DNA of 64,000 bases, taken from positions 3,499 through 67,498 of IMG/VR virus record IMGVR_UViG_3300046539_000057; one strand, given 5' to 3'. Below the pieces are notes generated by a model. That model worked only from the letters and a program-made list of their open reading frames with translations, was not told the origin of the DNA and searched no databases. The DNA comes from a virus. How positions within the stretch are numbered: the first letter of the stretch is position 1; each line of letters starts with the position of its first letter. The translations under genes were made by a program, and so were the position numbers. Below, in pieces: positions 19,836 through 28,526 of this stretch.

Positions 19836-21455
19836 ATGCGGATCGCGCTGGACGGGTTCGCGGGGGCCATCCGCGCGCTGCAAGCGCGGCTGCTGCCTAA
19901 CAGCATCGGCGTCGACTCGGCCAACCAGAAGCCGGGCCGCGGCGACCTGCGCGGCTGGAAGCTGCCCAACGTCGTCGCCACCATCCCGAGCGGGCGCCGC
20001 ACGATCTACCGCATGGGCCGCGACACGGCGAGCGACAGCACCTACTGGCTGTCGTTCCCCAACGTGGCCCACCTGGTGCGCGGCTTCATCGCCGCCGACA
20101 CCTCCGAGCGCACCTACTACACCGACAACGTCGGCGTGCCCAAGGTCACCGACAACGTGATCGGGCTTGCGGCCCCGCCCTACCCGACGGTGTCTCGCAT
20201 CCTGGGCGTGCCGGCACCGCTCACCGTGCCCACGCTGGTGCAGACCACGGCGGGCACCGGCGACGACGAGACGCGCTTCTACGTGCGCACCTTCGTGACC
20301 GACAAGGGCGAGGAGTCGGCGCCCTCCGGGCCGTCGGCGGCGATCGTGTGCAAGCCCGGCGCGATCATCACCGTCAACGGTCTCGGCGACCCGCCGGTGG
20401 GCCTGTACGGCATCACGCTGCAGCGGATCTACCGCACGCAGACCGGCACCAGCGGCGCCACCACCTTCTTCTTCCTGCGCGAGGTGGCGATCGGCGCGGC
20501 CAGCACGACCGACGACGCGCGCGCGCTCGGCGAGGTGCTGCCCAGCACGACCTGGCTCACGCCGCCGGCGGATCTGACGAGCCTCACCGGCTGCTGGAAC
20601 GGCATCCTCGCGGGCATCACCGGGCGCTCGGTGCGCTACTGCGAGCCGTTCAAGCCCTACGCCTGGCCGATCGCCTACGAGACGTTGATCGACAACGACA
20701 CCCCGGTCGCGCTGGCCACCTACCAGCAGACCCTGGTGGTGCTGACCACCGGCCGGCCGCGCTACATCGAGGGCAGCGAGCCCACCGCGATGCAGGAGCG
20801 CACGGTCCCGATCGACCAGGCCTGCATCAGCAACACCTCGGTGGTCTCGTTCGGGCACGGCGTGGTCTACGCCTCCCCGGACGGCCTGTGCTACGTCGGC
20901 GACGCGCGCGCGCCGGGCGTCATCACCAGCGGCCTCATGCGCCGCGAGGACTGGCAGGCGCTGACCCCGGACACCATCGTCGGCTGCAGCTACGAGGGCC
21001 TGTACTTCGGCTTCTACGACTCGGGCGCGGGCTGGAAAGGCTTCTTCCTCGACCCGGTGAACCCGCAGGGCATCTACTTCCTCGACACCGGCTACGCGGG
21101 CGCCTACAGCGACCCGCTGACCGATGCGATGTACCTCATCAGCGGCACGTCGGTGGTGAAGTGGGACGCCGGCGCCGGCTTCATGACCGCGCGCTGGCGC
21201 TCCAAGAGCCTGCGCATGCCACAGCCGATCAACCTCGGCTACGCGGAGGTGACGGCCGACGCCTACCCGGTCACGTTCCGCCTGTTCGCCGACGGCGCGC
21301 TGAAGTTCACCAAGACCGTCACCGGCCCGGACAGCTTCGGCATGCCCTCGGGCTACCTGGCGCTCGACTACCAGGTCGAGCTCGAGGCGCCGTCCGGGCG
21401 CGCGATCCAGGGCGTGGCGCTGGCCGAGTCCGTCACCGAGCTCGCCGCGGTATGA
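19836..21455 (+). CDS. Tail nozzle/stabilisation-like protein
   Basis: F.G....L..RLLP start; Y..TFVT..GEESAPS, C.P..PYAWP, YASPDGL motifs. Confidence 0.75.
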   Translation: MRIALDGFAGAIRALQARLLPNSIGVDSANQKPGRGDLRGWKLPNVVATIPSGRRTIYRMGRDTASDSTYWLSFPNVAHLVRGFIAADTSERTYYTDNVGVPKVTDNVIGLAAPPYPTVSRILGVPAPLTVPTLVQTTAGTGDDETRFYVRTFVTDKGEESAPSGPSAAIVCKPGAIITVNGLGDPPVGLYGITLQRIYRTQTGTSGATTFFFLREVAIGAASTTDDARALGEVLPSTTWLTPPADLTSLTGCWNGILAGITGRSVRYCEPFKPYAWPIAYETLIDNDTPVALATYQQTLVVLTTGRPRYIEGSEPTAMQERTVPIDQACISNTSVVSFGHGVVYASPDGLCYVGDARAPGVITSGLMRREDWQALTPDTIVGCSYEGLYFGFYDSGAGWKGFFLDPVNPQGIYFLDTGYAGAYSDPLTDAMYLISGTSVVKWDAGAGFMTARWRSKSLRMPQPINLGYAEVTADAYPVTFRLFADGALKFTKTVTGPDSFGMPSGYLALDYQVELEAPSGRAIQGVALAESVTELAAV

Positions 21456-24031
21456 GCGTGCGGCGCGACCTGCCGAGCATCCCGCCGGAGGCCGGGAAGA
21501 TGCGCCCGTTCCTGGAGGCGATGCGCGAGGCCGTGCAGACCTACCTGGGCTACCGCGGCGACGCGCTGGACCGCGGGCTCACGGTGCGCGACGTGGTTCC
21601 GGGCCCGGACGGCACCGTCGTCATCGACGTGGGCACCGGCGGCAGCACGGGGGGCGGCGGCACCATCGTCATCAACCCGCCCGGCGCCGGCGAAGCGCCC
21701 GACCTGACGCCGCCGCCCACGCCCGTCGGGCTGGTGGTGACGGCCGGCCTCACCGAAATCTACGTCAGCTGGGACGTGGCGGCCTACACGGTCGGCCACG
21801 GGCCAGGCCAGACCAACGTCTACGGCAAGCCCTGGCCCGAGGACGACCTGAGCGCGCCGACCTTCAGCGAGGCGATCCTGGTCGGCGTCGCGCCGCACGC
21901 GCTCACCAGCTACGCGCTGTCGACCGAGCCGGCCACGCGCTGGTGCATCTGGCTGAAGTTCCAGAGCGCCGACGGCGTCGAGTCGGCCACGCCGGCGGGC
22001 GGCGCCAACGGCGCGCAGGCCACCACCGGCCAGGACGTCACGAAGCTGCTGGAGGCGCTGTCCGGCGAGATCACACAGAGCCAGCTGTACTCGGCGCTGG
22101 GCGCGCGCATTGATCTGATCGACGGCCCGCTCACCCTCCCCGGCTCGGTGGCCGCGCGCGTGCAGACCGTGCAGACCCTGGCCGAGCAGGCCGGAGCCGA
22201 CGCCAGCGCCGCCGCCGCGCTCGTCACCACGGTGCAGAGCCAGGTGGCCGGCGACATCGGCATGAAGACGGCGCGCTACTGGGGCTTCGACAGCGCGCCG
22301 GACGGCTGGAGCGCCACCGGCGCGGGGCTCTCCCCCGTCGGCGGCGTGCTGATCTGGCAGCCGAGCGCGGCCAACGCGACGTTCGGCAAGACCTTCGTCA
22401 CCGCCGAGCGCTTCGACGGCGCGCGCAACACGCGGGTCCGCGCGCGCGTGCGCCGCACCGCCGGCACCGGCGCGTGGGAGGGGGCGCTGTACTACCAGAC
22501 CGCCGGCCACACCATCAGTTCCGGCTTCGTCAAGAACATCCCCGCACCGGCCGACCTCGCCGCGTGGAACGTCCTCGAGTGGGACATGACGGCGCTCACC
22601 GCCGGCGGCACCGACTGGGTCAGCAACGAGATCCGCGGCCTGCGCATCGACCTCGTGAGCGACGCCACCAGCACCTGGGAGATCGACTGGGTGGCGGTCG
22701 GCGAGCCGAGCACCACGCCCCTGTCGGCCTCGGTGCAGCAGGAGATCACGACCCGCGCCAGCGAGACCGGCTACCTGGGCGCGCAGTACAGCCTGCGCGT
22801 GGACGTGGGCGGCAAGGTGGGCGGCTACGGCATCAGCGGCACCACCGCGCCGGGCGCGCAGCCGACGATCAACTTCATCATCCGCGCCGACAAGTTCGCC
22901 ATCGCCCCGCCCTCCGGGTCCGGCGAAGGCAACGTCGTGCCGTTCGCCGTCACCACGACGACGACCACGCTGAACGGGGTGAGCGTGCCGGCGGGCACGT
23001 ACATCAACAACGCCTTTATCCGCAACGGCACGATCACCGACGCGATGATCGGCAACGCCACGATCTCGTCGGCCAAGATCGCCAGCCTCAACGCGATCCA
23101 CCTGACGGCGGGCACGGGCGTCATCGGCGGCAACCTGCGCTCGACCAACTACGTGTCGGGCACCGGCGGCTGGATCTTGCGCCCGGACGGCACGCTGGAG
23201 CTCAACACCGCCATCGTGCGCGGCTCGATCTTCGCGGCCGACGGGACCATCGGCGGCATCCAGATCAACGCCACCGACATCCGCTCGAGCAACTACGCCA
23301 GCGAGTCGGCGGGCTTCATGCTGACCTCCAGCGGCAGCCTGTTCGCCAACAACGTCAACCTGCGCGGCGAGATCAACGGCGGGGCGTTCACCGGCTTCGC
23401 GTGGCCGGCCAGCGGCACCGGCTACCACCTGAGTGCGTCGGGGCTGCTGATCGGCCGGCTGGCCAGCGGCAGGTATTTCCGCGTGGACGGCGACGGCGAC
23501 GTCACCGCGCCGGGCTTTAGCATCAACGCCGGCAATGCCGTCTTCAGCGGCGACCTGTCCGCGGCCGGCGGCACCTTCAACGGCAACCTGTCGGCCGCGG
23601 GCGGCACCTTCGCCGGCACGCTCACGGCCACCACGGTGGCGGTGCAGACCGCCAACATCGCCGGCCAGGCCGTCACCGTCACCGCCGCGGCCGAGATCGC
23701 CAACTCCGACTCGGTGCTGGTGGGATCGAGCTACACGACGCTGTGCTCGACCACGCTCAACAGCGGCGGCAACCCAATCGCGGCGATGGCCACGATTGCC
23801 GGCACCTTCGGGCTGGCATCTTCCGTGGACGTGCGCATCATGATCGCTGGCGACGAGGAGCGCGTCCTGAACCTGACCGACGACACGCTCACCGGAGCGC
23901 TGCTCGCGCTCAAGTCGGCCCCTGGCACCGGCACCGTGACGGTCTCGCTGCAGGCGCGCACCGTCGGCGCCAGCGGCACCACGATTGCGCGCCGCGGCAC
24001 CGCGCTGTTCGCCCTGGGCTGCAAGCGATGA
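21452..24031 (+). CDS. Tail tip/host-specificity protein (J-like, DUF1983-type domain)
   Basis: AQYSLRVD.GG.V.GYGI, F.IRADKFAI, YI..AFI..GTI..A.I motifs; Gly/Thr beta repeats. Confidence 0.8.
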   Translation: MSVRRDLPSIPPEAGKMRPFLEAMREAVQTYLGYRGDALDRGLTVRDVVPGPDGTVVIDVGTGGSTGGGGTIVINPPGAGEAPDLTPPPTPVGLVVTAGLTEIYVSWDVAAYTVGHGPGQTNVYGKPWPEDDLSAPTFSEAILVGVAPHALTSYALSTEPATRWCIWLKFQSADGVESATPAGGANGAQATTGQDVTKLLEALSGEITQSQLYSALGARIDLIDGPLTLPGSVAARVQTVQTLAEQAGADASAAAALVTTVQSQVAGDIGMKTARYWGFDSAPDGWSATGAGLSPVGGVLIWQPSAANATFGKTFVTAERFDGARNTRVRARVRRTAGTGAWEGALYYQTAGHTISSGFVKNIPAPADLAAWNVLEWDMTALTAGGTDWVSNEIRGLRIDLVSDATSTWEIDWVAVGEPSTTPLSASVQQEITTRASETGYLGAQYSLRVDVGGKVGGYGISGTTAPGAQPTINFIIRADKFAIAPPSGSGEGNVVPFAVTTTTTTLNGVSVPAGTYINNAFIRNGTITDAMIGNATISSAKIASLNAIHLTAGTGVIGGNLRSTNYVSGTGGWILRPDGTLELNTAIVRGSIFAADGTIGGIQINATDIRSSNYASESAGFMLTSSGSLFANNVNLRGEINGGAFTGFAWPASGTGYHLSASGLLIGRLASGRYFRVDGDGDVTAPGFSINAGNAVFSGDLSAAGGTFNGNLSAAGGTFAGTLTATTVAVQTANIAGQAVTVTAAAEIANSDSVLVGSSYTTLCSTTLNSGGNPIAAMATIAGTFGLASSVDVRIMIAGDEERVLNLTDDTLTGALLALKSAPGTGTVTVSLQARTVGASGTTIARRGTALFALGCKR

Positions 24032-24582
24032 AGCACTACGTCATCCACACCGCCGAGGGCGTGATCCGCTTCGCCGGCAACTGCCCCGACGACGCCACCC
24101 CGCCGGACCACTCCGACGAGGGGCTGACCACGCTCGTGCTCGCCGCGCCGCGGCCTGCGGGCGAGTGGCACGTCGCCGGCGGCGTGCTGCAGTCGGGCCG
24201 GCTCGACCTGCGCACGCTCGAGCAGCGCCGCGCCGACAAGTGGGCCGAGCTCAAGGCGGCGCGCGCGGCCGCCGAGGCCGCACCGCTGGCCACGCCGTAC
24301 GGCACCTTCGACTGCGACGCCGTGAGCCAGGCGCGCATTGCCAACGCGGCGCTGCTGATGCAGACCCAGGCGGCCGAGCTCCAGCCCGGCGCCATGCCAA
24401 CGATCGACTTCACGCTCTACGACAACTCGTCCGTCACGCTCACCGCCGGCCAGATGGTCGAGGTCGCGCTGCGCATGGGCGCGCAGGTCCAGGCCGCGTT
24501 CGCCACCGGGCGCGCGCTGCGCGAGGCGCTGGATGCCGCGCAAACCGCCGAAGCTGTGTCGGCGCTGGCCTGGCCGGGTTGA
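24028..24582 (+). CDS. Tail-associated protein (DUF4376-like)
   Basis: KW.ELK..R, FD.D..SQ.RI, TL.DNS...LT..Q motifs. Confidence 0.75.
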   Translation: MKHYVIHTAEGVIRFAGNCPDDATPPDHSDEGLTTLVLAAPRPAGEWHVAGGVLQSGRLDLRTLEQRRADKWAELKAARAAAEAAPLATPYGTFDCDAVSQARIANAALLMQTQAAELQPGAMPTIDFTLYDNSSVTLTAGQMVEVALRMGAQVQAAFATGRALREALDAAQTAEAVSALAWPG

Positions 24583-24646
24583 TTTCCGCGGATTGCCGGG
24601 GACGATCCACGAGAGCCTGCGCCACGCGGGCGTGGGCACTTGAGCC

Positions 24647-25117
24647 GTGAACGACTTCGAGCACTTCGAGCGAATTGCACTGTCGGTCCTTCGGGACGTC
24701 GACGCGGCTCGCCTCGTGGCCAAGGTCTACGCCGCGTGCCACCTGTTCGACGACCTGGCCGACCGCGACCGCGCGGTGACGCCGGACGAAGTGCTCCAGG
24801 CCTTCCGCACGCTGCTGGTCGAGATCCCGACCAACCCGTTCTACCGCGCCCACGTCGAGCAGCTGGCGCCCGTGATGGACAGCTTCATCCTGTCCTGGGG
24901 CACCGCCAACACGTTCGAGGCCGGCGACGACGAGGAGCGGCTGCGCATCGCCTACGTGATCCGCTCGGACTACATCAACCTGCTGCTGCGCTGCGCCCAG
25001 CTGCTGCACGGCTTCGACTACGCGCTGCAGGCCTCGCCGCGGTTGCGCGACCTGTGGCACCTCGAGGGGTGGCGCGGATACCTGAAGAACCTCGAGATCC
25101 AGAAGCAAGGAGCCTGA
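24647..25117 (+). CDS. All-helical protein with DDxxD motif (isoprenoid synthase/prenyltransferase-like)
   Basis: HLFDDLADRD motif in a helical context; function is inferred. Confidence 0.6.
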   Translation: MNDFEHFERIALSVLRDVDAARLVAKVYAACHLFDDLADRDRAVTPDEVLQAFRTLLVEIPTNPFYRAHVEQLAPVMDSFILSWGTANTFEAGDDEERLRIAYVIRSDYINLLLRCAQLLHGFDYALQASPRLRDLWHLEGWRGYLKNLEIQKQGA

Positions 25118-25118
25118 T

Positions 25119-25901
25119 ATGTGCGGTGGCGGCGGTGGCAGCAAGAAACTCGGCAAGGCCGCGAAGATGCAGGCCGAACTGGCGAAGGAGTCGCTCGCCT
25201 GGTTCAAGGATCAGTACGCGGCCACGGCGCCCGACCGCGCCAAGGCGGCCGACACGGCGGAGGCGATCTCCGGCGAGCAGCTGAACACGATGCGCCTGCA
25301 GAACGGGCGCGCCGAGGACCTGTACGCCTTCGACAAGCAGTACACCCGCCCGATCCAGGAGCGCCTGTCGACCGAGGCGATGGCCTACGACACGCCGGAG
25401 CGGCGTGCGGCCGCCGCGAGCGCCGCGGCCGCCGACGTGCAGATGGCGTCCTCGAACCAGCAGGACCAGCTGAACCGCAACCTCGCGCGCCAGGGCGTGA
25501 ACCCCGGCTCGGGCGCCGCGATGGCGCTGCAGACGCAGGGCGCGCTGCAGACCGCCGCGGCCTCGGCCGGCGCGCAGAACGTGGCCCGCCAGCAGGTCGA
25601 GAACATCGGCTACGCGCGCATGAGCGACGCGGCCAACGGCGGCGCGCAGATGGTCAACCAGGGCAACCAGTCCGCGCAGCTGGCGCTCGGCGCGAGTCAG
25701 GCCGCGCTCGGCTCCTCGAATTCCCGCCTGGCCGCGGTCACCTCCGGCATGCCGGGGATGCAGCAGGCCTTCAACACTTCGGGCCAGCTGATGAGCTCGG
25801 CCGGCAGCCTGTACGGGCAGCAGGCCCAGGCCGGCGACAACTCCGGGATGTGGGGCTCGCTCGCCGGCTCGGCCATGACGGCCGGCGCCATCTATATGTG
25901 A
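25119..25901 (+). CDS. Internal virion/DNA ejection protein
   Basis: AAGGAG RBS; MCGGGGGS start; Ala/Gln/Gly-rich; L.R.GVNP.SG motif. Confidence 0.75.
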   Translation: MCGGGGGSKKLGKAAKMQAELAKESLAWFKDQYAATAPDRAKAADTAEAISGEQLNTMRLQNGRAEDLYAFDKQYTRPIQERLSTEAMAYDTPERRAAAASAAAADVQMASSNQQDQLNRNLARQGVNPGSGAAMALQTQGALQTAAASAGAQNVARQQVENIGYARMSDAANGGAQMVNQGNQSAQLALGASQAALGSSNSRLAAVTSGMPGMQQAFNTSGQLMSSAGSLYGQQAQAGDNSGMWGSLAGSAMTAGAIYM

Positions 25902-26635
25902 CCGCGATGCTGGAGGAATTGATCCGCCAGCACGCGCCGCGCGTGGCGCTGCAGTTCAGCGGTGGCCGGGACTCCCTGGCCATGCTGCTGCTGCTGCGCC
26001 CGCTGTGGGACGTGCTCACGGTCTACCACTGCGACACCGGCGACGCCTACCCGGAGACCCGGGCGCTCGTCGCGCGCGTGCGCGCTGCGGTGCCGAGCTT
26101 CGTCGAGGTGGCCGGCAACTCGCCGGCGACGACCGAGGAGCACGGCTGGCCGAGCGACGTGCTGCCGGCCGGCGCGAACTGGCCGTTCGAGGGCGTCGAC
26201 CGCCTGCCGCTGGTCGACCGGCACTGGTGCTGCTTTGCCTCGCACATGCTGCCGATGCACCGCCGCGTGGTGGCCGACGGCATCACGCTCGTCCTGCGCG
26301 GCCAGCGCGACGACGACGCCTCGAAGTCCCCGGTGCGCCACGGCGAGGCCGTGGACGGCATCACGATCGCCTACCCGATCCGGCACTGGTCGGCCGAGGA
26401 CGTCGAGACCTACATCGCCGTGCACGGCTGGGACCTGCCCGCCTTCTACGCCGAGGGCCTGACGTCGGCGCCGGACTGCATGCACTGCACCGCCTGGCTC
26501 GAGCACGGCGCCCTGCCCTACCTCGGCCGCCACCACCCGGTGGCCGCCTCTGTCGTCACCGCACGGCTGCGCGCGATCCGCGTGGCCGTCGAACCCCACT
26601 ACGCGCGCCTGGTGCGCGCCACGGAGCCCGCATGA
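25898..26635 (+). CDS. PAPS reductase-family protein
   Basis: PP-loop FSGGRDS, DTG..YPET, CC, RGQR..D, YPI..WS, DC..C motifs; start GTG 25898 or ATG 25907. Confidence 0.88.
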   Translation: MTAMLEELIRQHAPRVALQFSGGRDSLAMLLLLRPLWDVLTVYHCDTGDAYPETRALVARVRAAVPSFVEVAGNSPATTEEHGWPSDVLPAGANWPFEGVDRLPLVDRHWCCFASHMLPMHRRVVADGITLVLRGQRDDDASKSPVRHGEAVDGITIAYPIRHWSAEDVETYIAVHGWDLPAFYAEGLTSAPDCMHCTAWLEHGALPYLGRHHPVAASVVTARLRAIRVAVEPHYARLVRATEPA

Positions 26636-28518
26636 GCAACAACGCACTCGCCTTCATGGCCGGCCTCGCCTCGGGCGGCGTCAGGGGCTACCAGATCCGC
26701 CGCGATATGGACAAGGAAGACGAGGCCAGCGCGCTGCGCAAGGAGCAGGCCGAGCGCCAGCGCACCGAGTGGGCGCGCGAGGACAAGCTGCGCACCGACC
26801 TGGGCGCGGCCGCGCAGCCGCAGGCCGTCACCCCCGGCGAGGTCTACCAGCCGGCGGTCGACGACGACGGCAACGCGATGCCGGCCAACCCGACCGCCGG
26901 CACCTTCATGGCCGGTGGCCAGCGCTACGCCGACGAGGGCCAGGCCCTGAGCGCGGCGGCCGCGGCCAACACGCCCGAGGCGCAGAACCAGCGCATGGCG
27001 CAGGCCTACATGGCCAACGGCGCGCCGGACAAGGCGCTGGCGATGCAGGCGAACGTGCGCCAGGCCAAGCTGGCCGATCTGCAGCTGACCAAGACCCAGG
27101 GCGACATGGAGCGCGAGACCGCGTGGCGCGACGCCGTGACGCCGCTCGCGCAGAAGGGGTGGAGCGCCCTGCCCGACGTCTACAAGCGCTACAAGGACGG
27201 CAACGACGTGCTCGTGCAGGAGGACGGCAAGGGCGGCGCCGCGGTGCAGTTCCTCGACAAGGACGGCAAGCCGCTGGGCAACCCGCAGCACTACGCCAGC
27301 CTGCCCGAGTTCGTCGACCAGCTGTCCGGCGCGTTCGACCCGAAGCTGTGGACGGCCGCCGCCAAGGACCAGCGCAAGGAGGCGCGCGAGGCGGCCAAGG
27401 ACGCGCAGACCGCCAGCTACCAGAACCGCACGGTGGCGGTGGCCGAGCAGAACGCCAACACCAACGACGCCTACCGGAGCGACATGGTCAAGGTGGCGCA
27501 GCAGAACGCGGGCACCCGCGCCGGCTCGACGGTCGACCGCATGCCCGAGCGCGACCGCCAGGCCTACGACACCGCCGAGGCCGAGGCCAAGGACTACCGC
27601 AAGCGCATCCTGGATCTCCAGACCGACCCGCTGGCCGACCCCGAGGACCCGCGCACCCAGCAGGTGCTGCAGAACCTCAACCAGCAGCTGACCGAGTCGG
27701 TCAAGCGCTCGCGCATCATCCTCGCGCGCAACGCGCCGCCGCCGGGCGCCGCCGCCGCGCCGGGCGCCGACCCGCTGGGCGTGCGCTCGCCGGCCGCTGC
27801 CCCTTCGGCCACGATGGCCGGCGGCCGCGGCCCGGACACCCGCGTGTCGCCCGAGCAGCAGAAGGCGCTCGACGCCAACCGCCCGGCGATCCTCGACCAG
27901 GAGAAGGTCCAGGCGCAGGGCGAGCTCGTCAAGGCCAAGGCGCTGCAGGCCGCGGCCACGGCCCCCGACCAGCGCGCCGAGGCCGACGCCGCGGTGGCCC
28001 GCATCGAGGGCGACCTGGCCGCGCTGGACCGCGAGATCAAGGCGGCGAGCAAGGGCAAGGGCGGCGCTGCGCAAGCGGCACCCGCCCCTGCGCCTGCCGC
28101 AGCGCAAGCGGCACCCGCCCCTGCGCCGGCTCCGGCCGCCGCCGCGCCCGCCGCGCCGCCCGCGCCGCGCACCCCGGAGAGCACCGCCGCGGCCGCCGCC
28201 GCACGTGTGCGCGCAGCGCCCGCCCCCGCCGCCATGGCCGCGCCGACCGCTCCCCCAGTGGTCACTAACCCTGCCCCGGCACCGGCCCCGGCCGCCACGA
28301 TGGCGCCCAAGCCGACCGCGGACGCGACGCTGAACCAGATCACCGAGAAGAACGCGAAGCGCAAGGCCGAGCAGGTCGCCACCTACTCCGCGGAGCTCGA
28401 GGTCGCCAAGCGCGCCCTGCAGGACGCCATCGCCTCGCGCAATCCACAGGCTATCAACAAGGCCGCGACGCTCCTCACGCAGCATCAGCAAGCGCTCGCC
28501 CTCGTCCAAAACTCCTAA
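26632..28518 (+). CDS. Internal virion/ejection protein
   Basis: AF..GL..G...GY N-terminus, coiled coils, Ala/Pro-rich linker; lies before the giant gene. Confidence 0.75.
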   Translation: MSNNALAFMAGLASGGVRGYQIRRDMDKEDEASALRKEQAERQRTEWAREDKLRTDLGAAAQPQAVTPGEVYQPAVDDDGNAMPANPTAGTFMAGGQRYADEGQALSAAAAANTPEAQNQRMAQAYMANGAPDKALAMQANVRQAKLADLQLTKTQGDMERETAWRDAVTPLAQKGWSALPDVYKRYKDGNDVLVQEDGKGGAAVQFLDKDGKPLGNPQHYASLPEFVDQLSGAFDPKLWTAAAKDQRKEAREAAKDAQTASYQNRTVAVAEQNANTNDAYRSDMVKVAQQNAGTRAGSTVDRMPERDRQAYDTAEAEAKDYRKRILDLQTDPLADPEDPRTQQVLQNLNQQLTESVKRSRIILARNAPPPGAAAAPGADPLGVRSPAAAPSATMAGGRGPDTRVSPEQQKALDANRPAILDQEKVQAQGELVKAKALQAAATAPDQRAEADAAVARIEGDLAALDREIKAASKGKGGAAQAAPAPAPAAAQAAPAPAPAPAAAAPAAPPAPRTPESTAAAAAARVRAAPAPAAMAAPTAPPVVTNPAPAPAPAATMAPKPTADATLNQITEKNAKRKAEQVATYSAELEVAKRALQDAIASRNPQAINKAATLLTQHQQALALVQNS

Positions 28519-28526
28519 AGCGGCAC

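Noticed and set aside
25898-26635. PAPS reductase as a Dnd/Ssp phosphorothioation system or a sulfur-assimilation gene
   Set aside because: No dnd/ssp partners, cysteine desulfurase or cys genes in the window; it sits in the virion module
28066-28130. Tandem duplications encoding AQAAPAPAP (also 32160-32205 and 63105-63130)
   Set aside because: Ordinary low-complexity linker expansions
28266-28290. Possible sixth palindrome copy (TAACCCTGCCCCGG...)
   Set aside because: Only a partial left arm; no symmetric right arm
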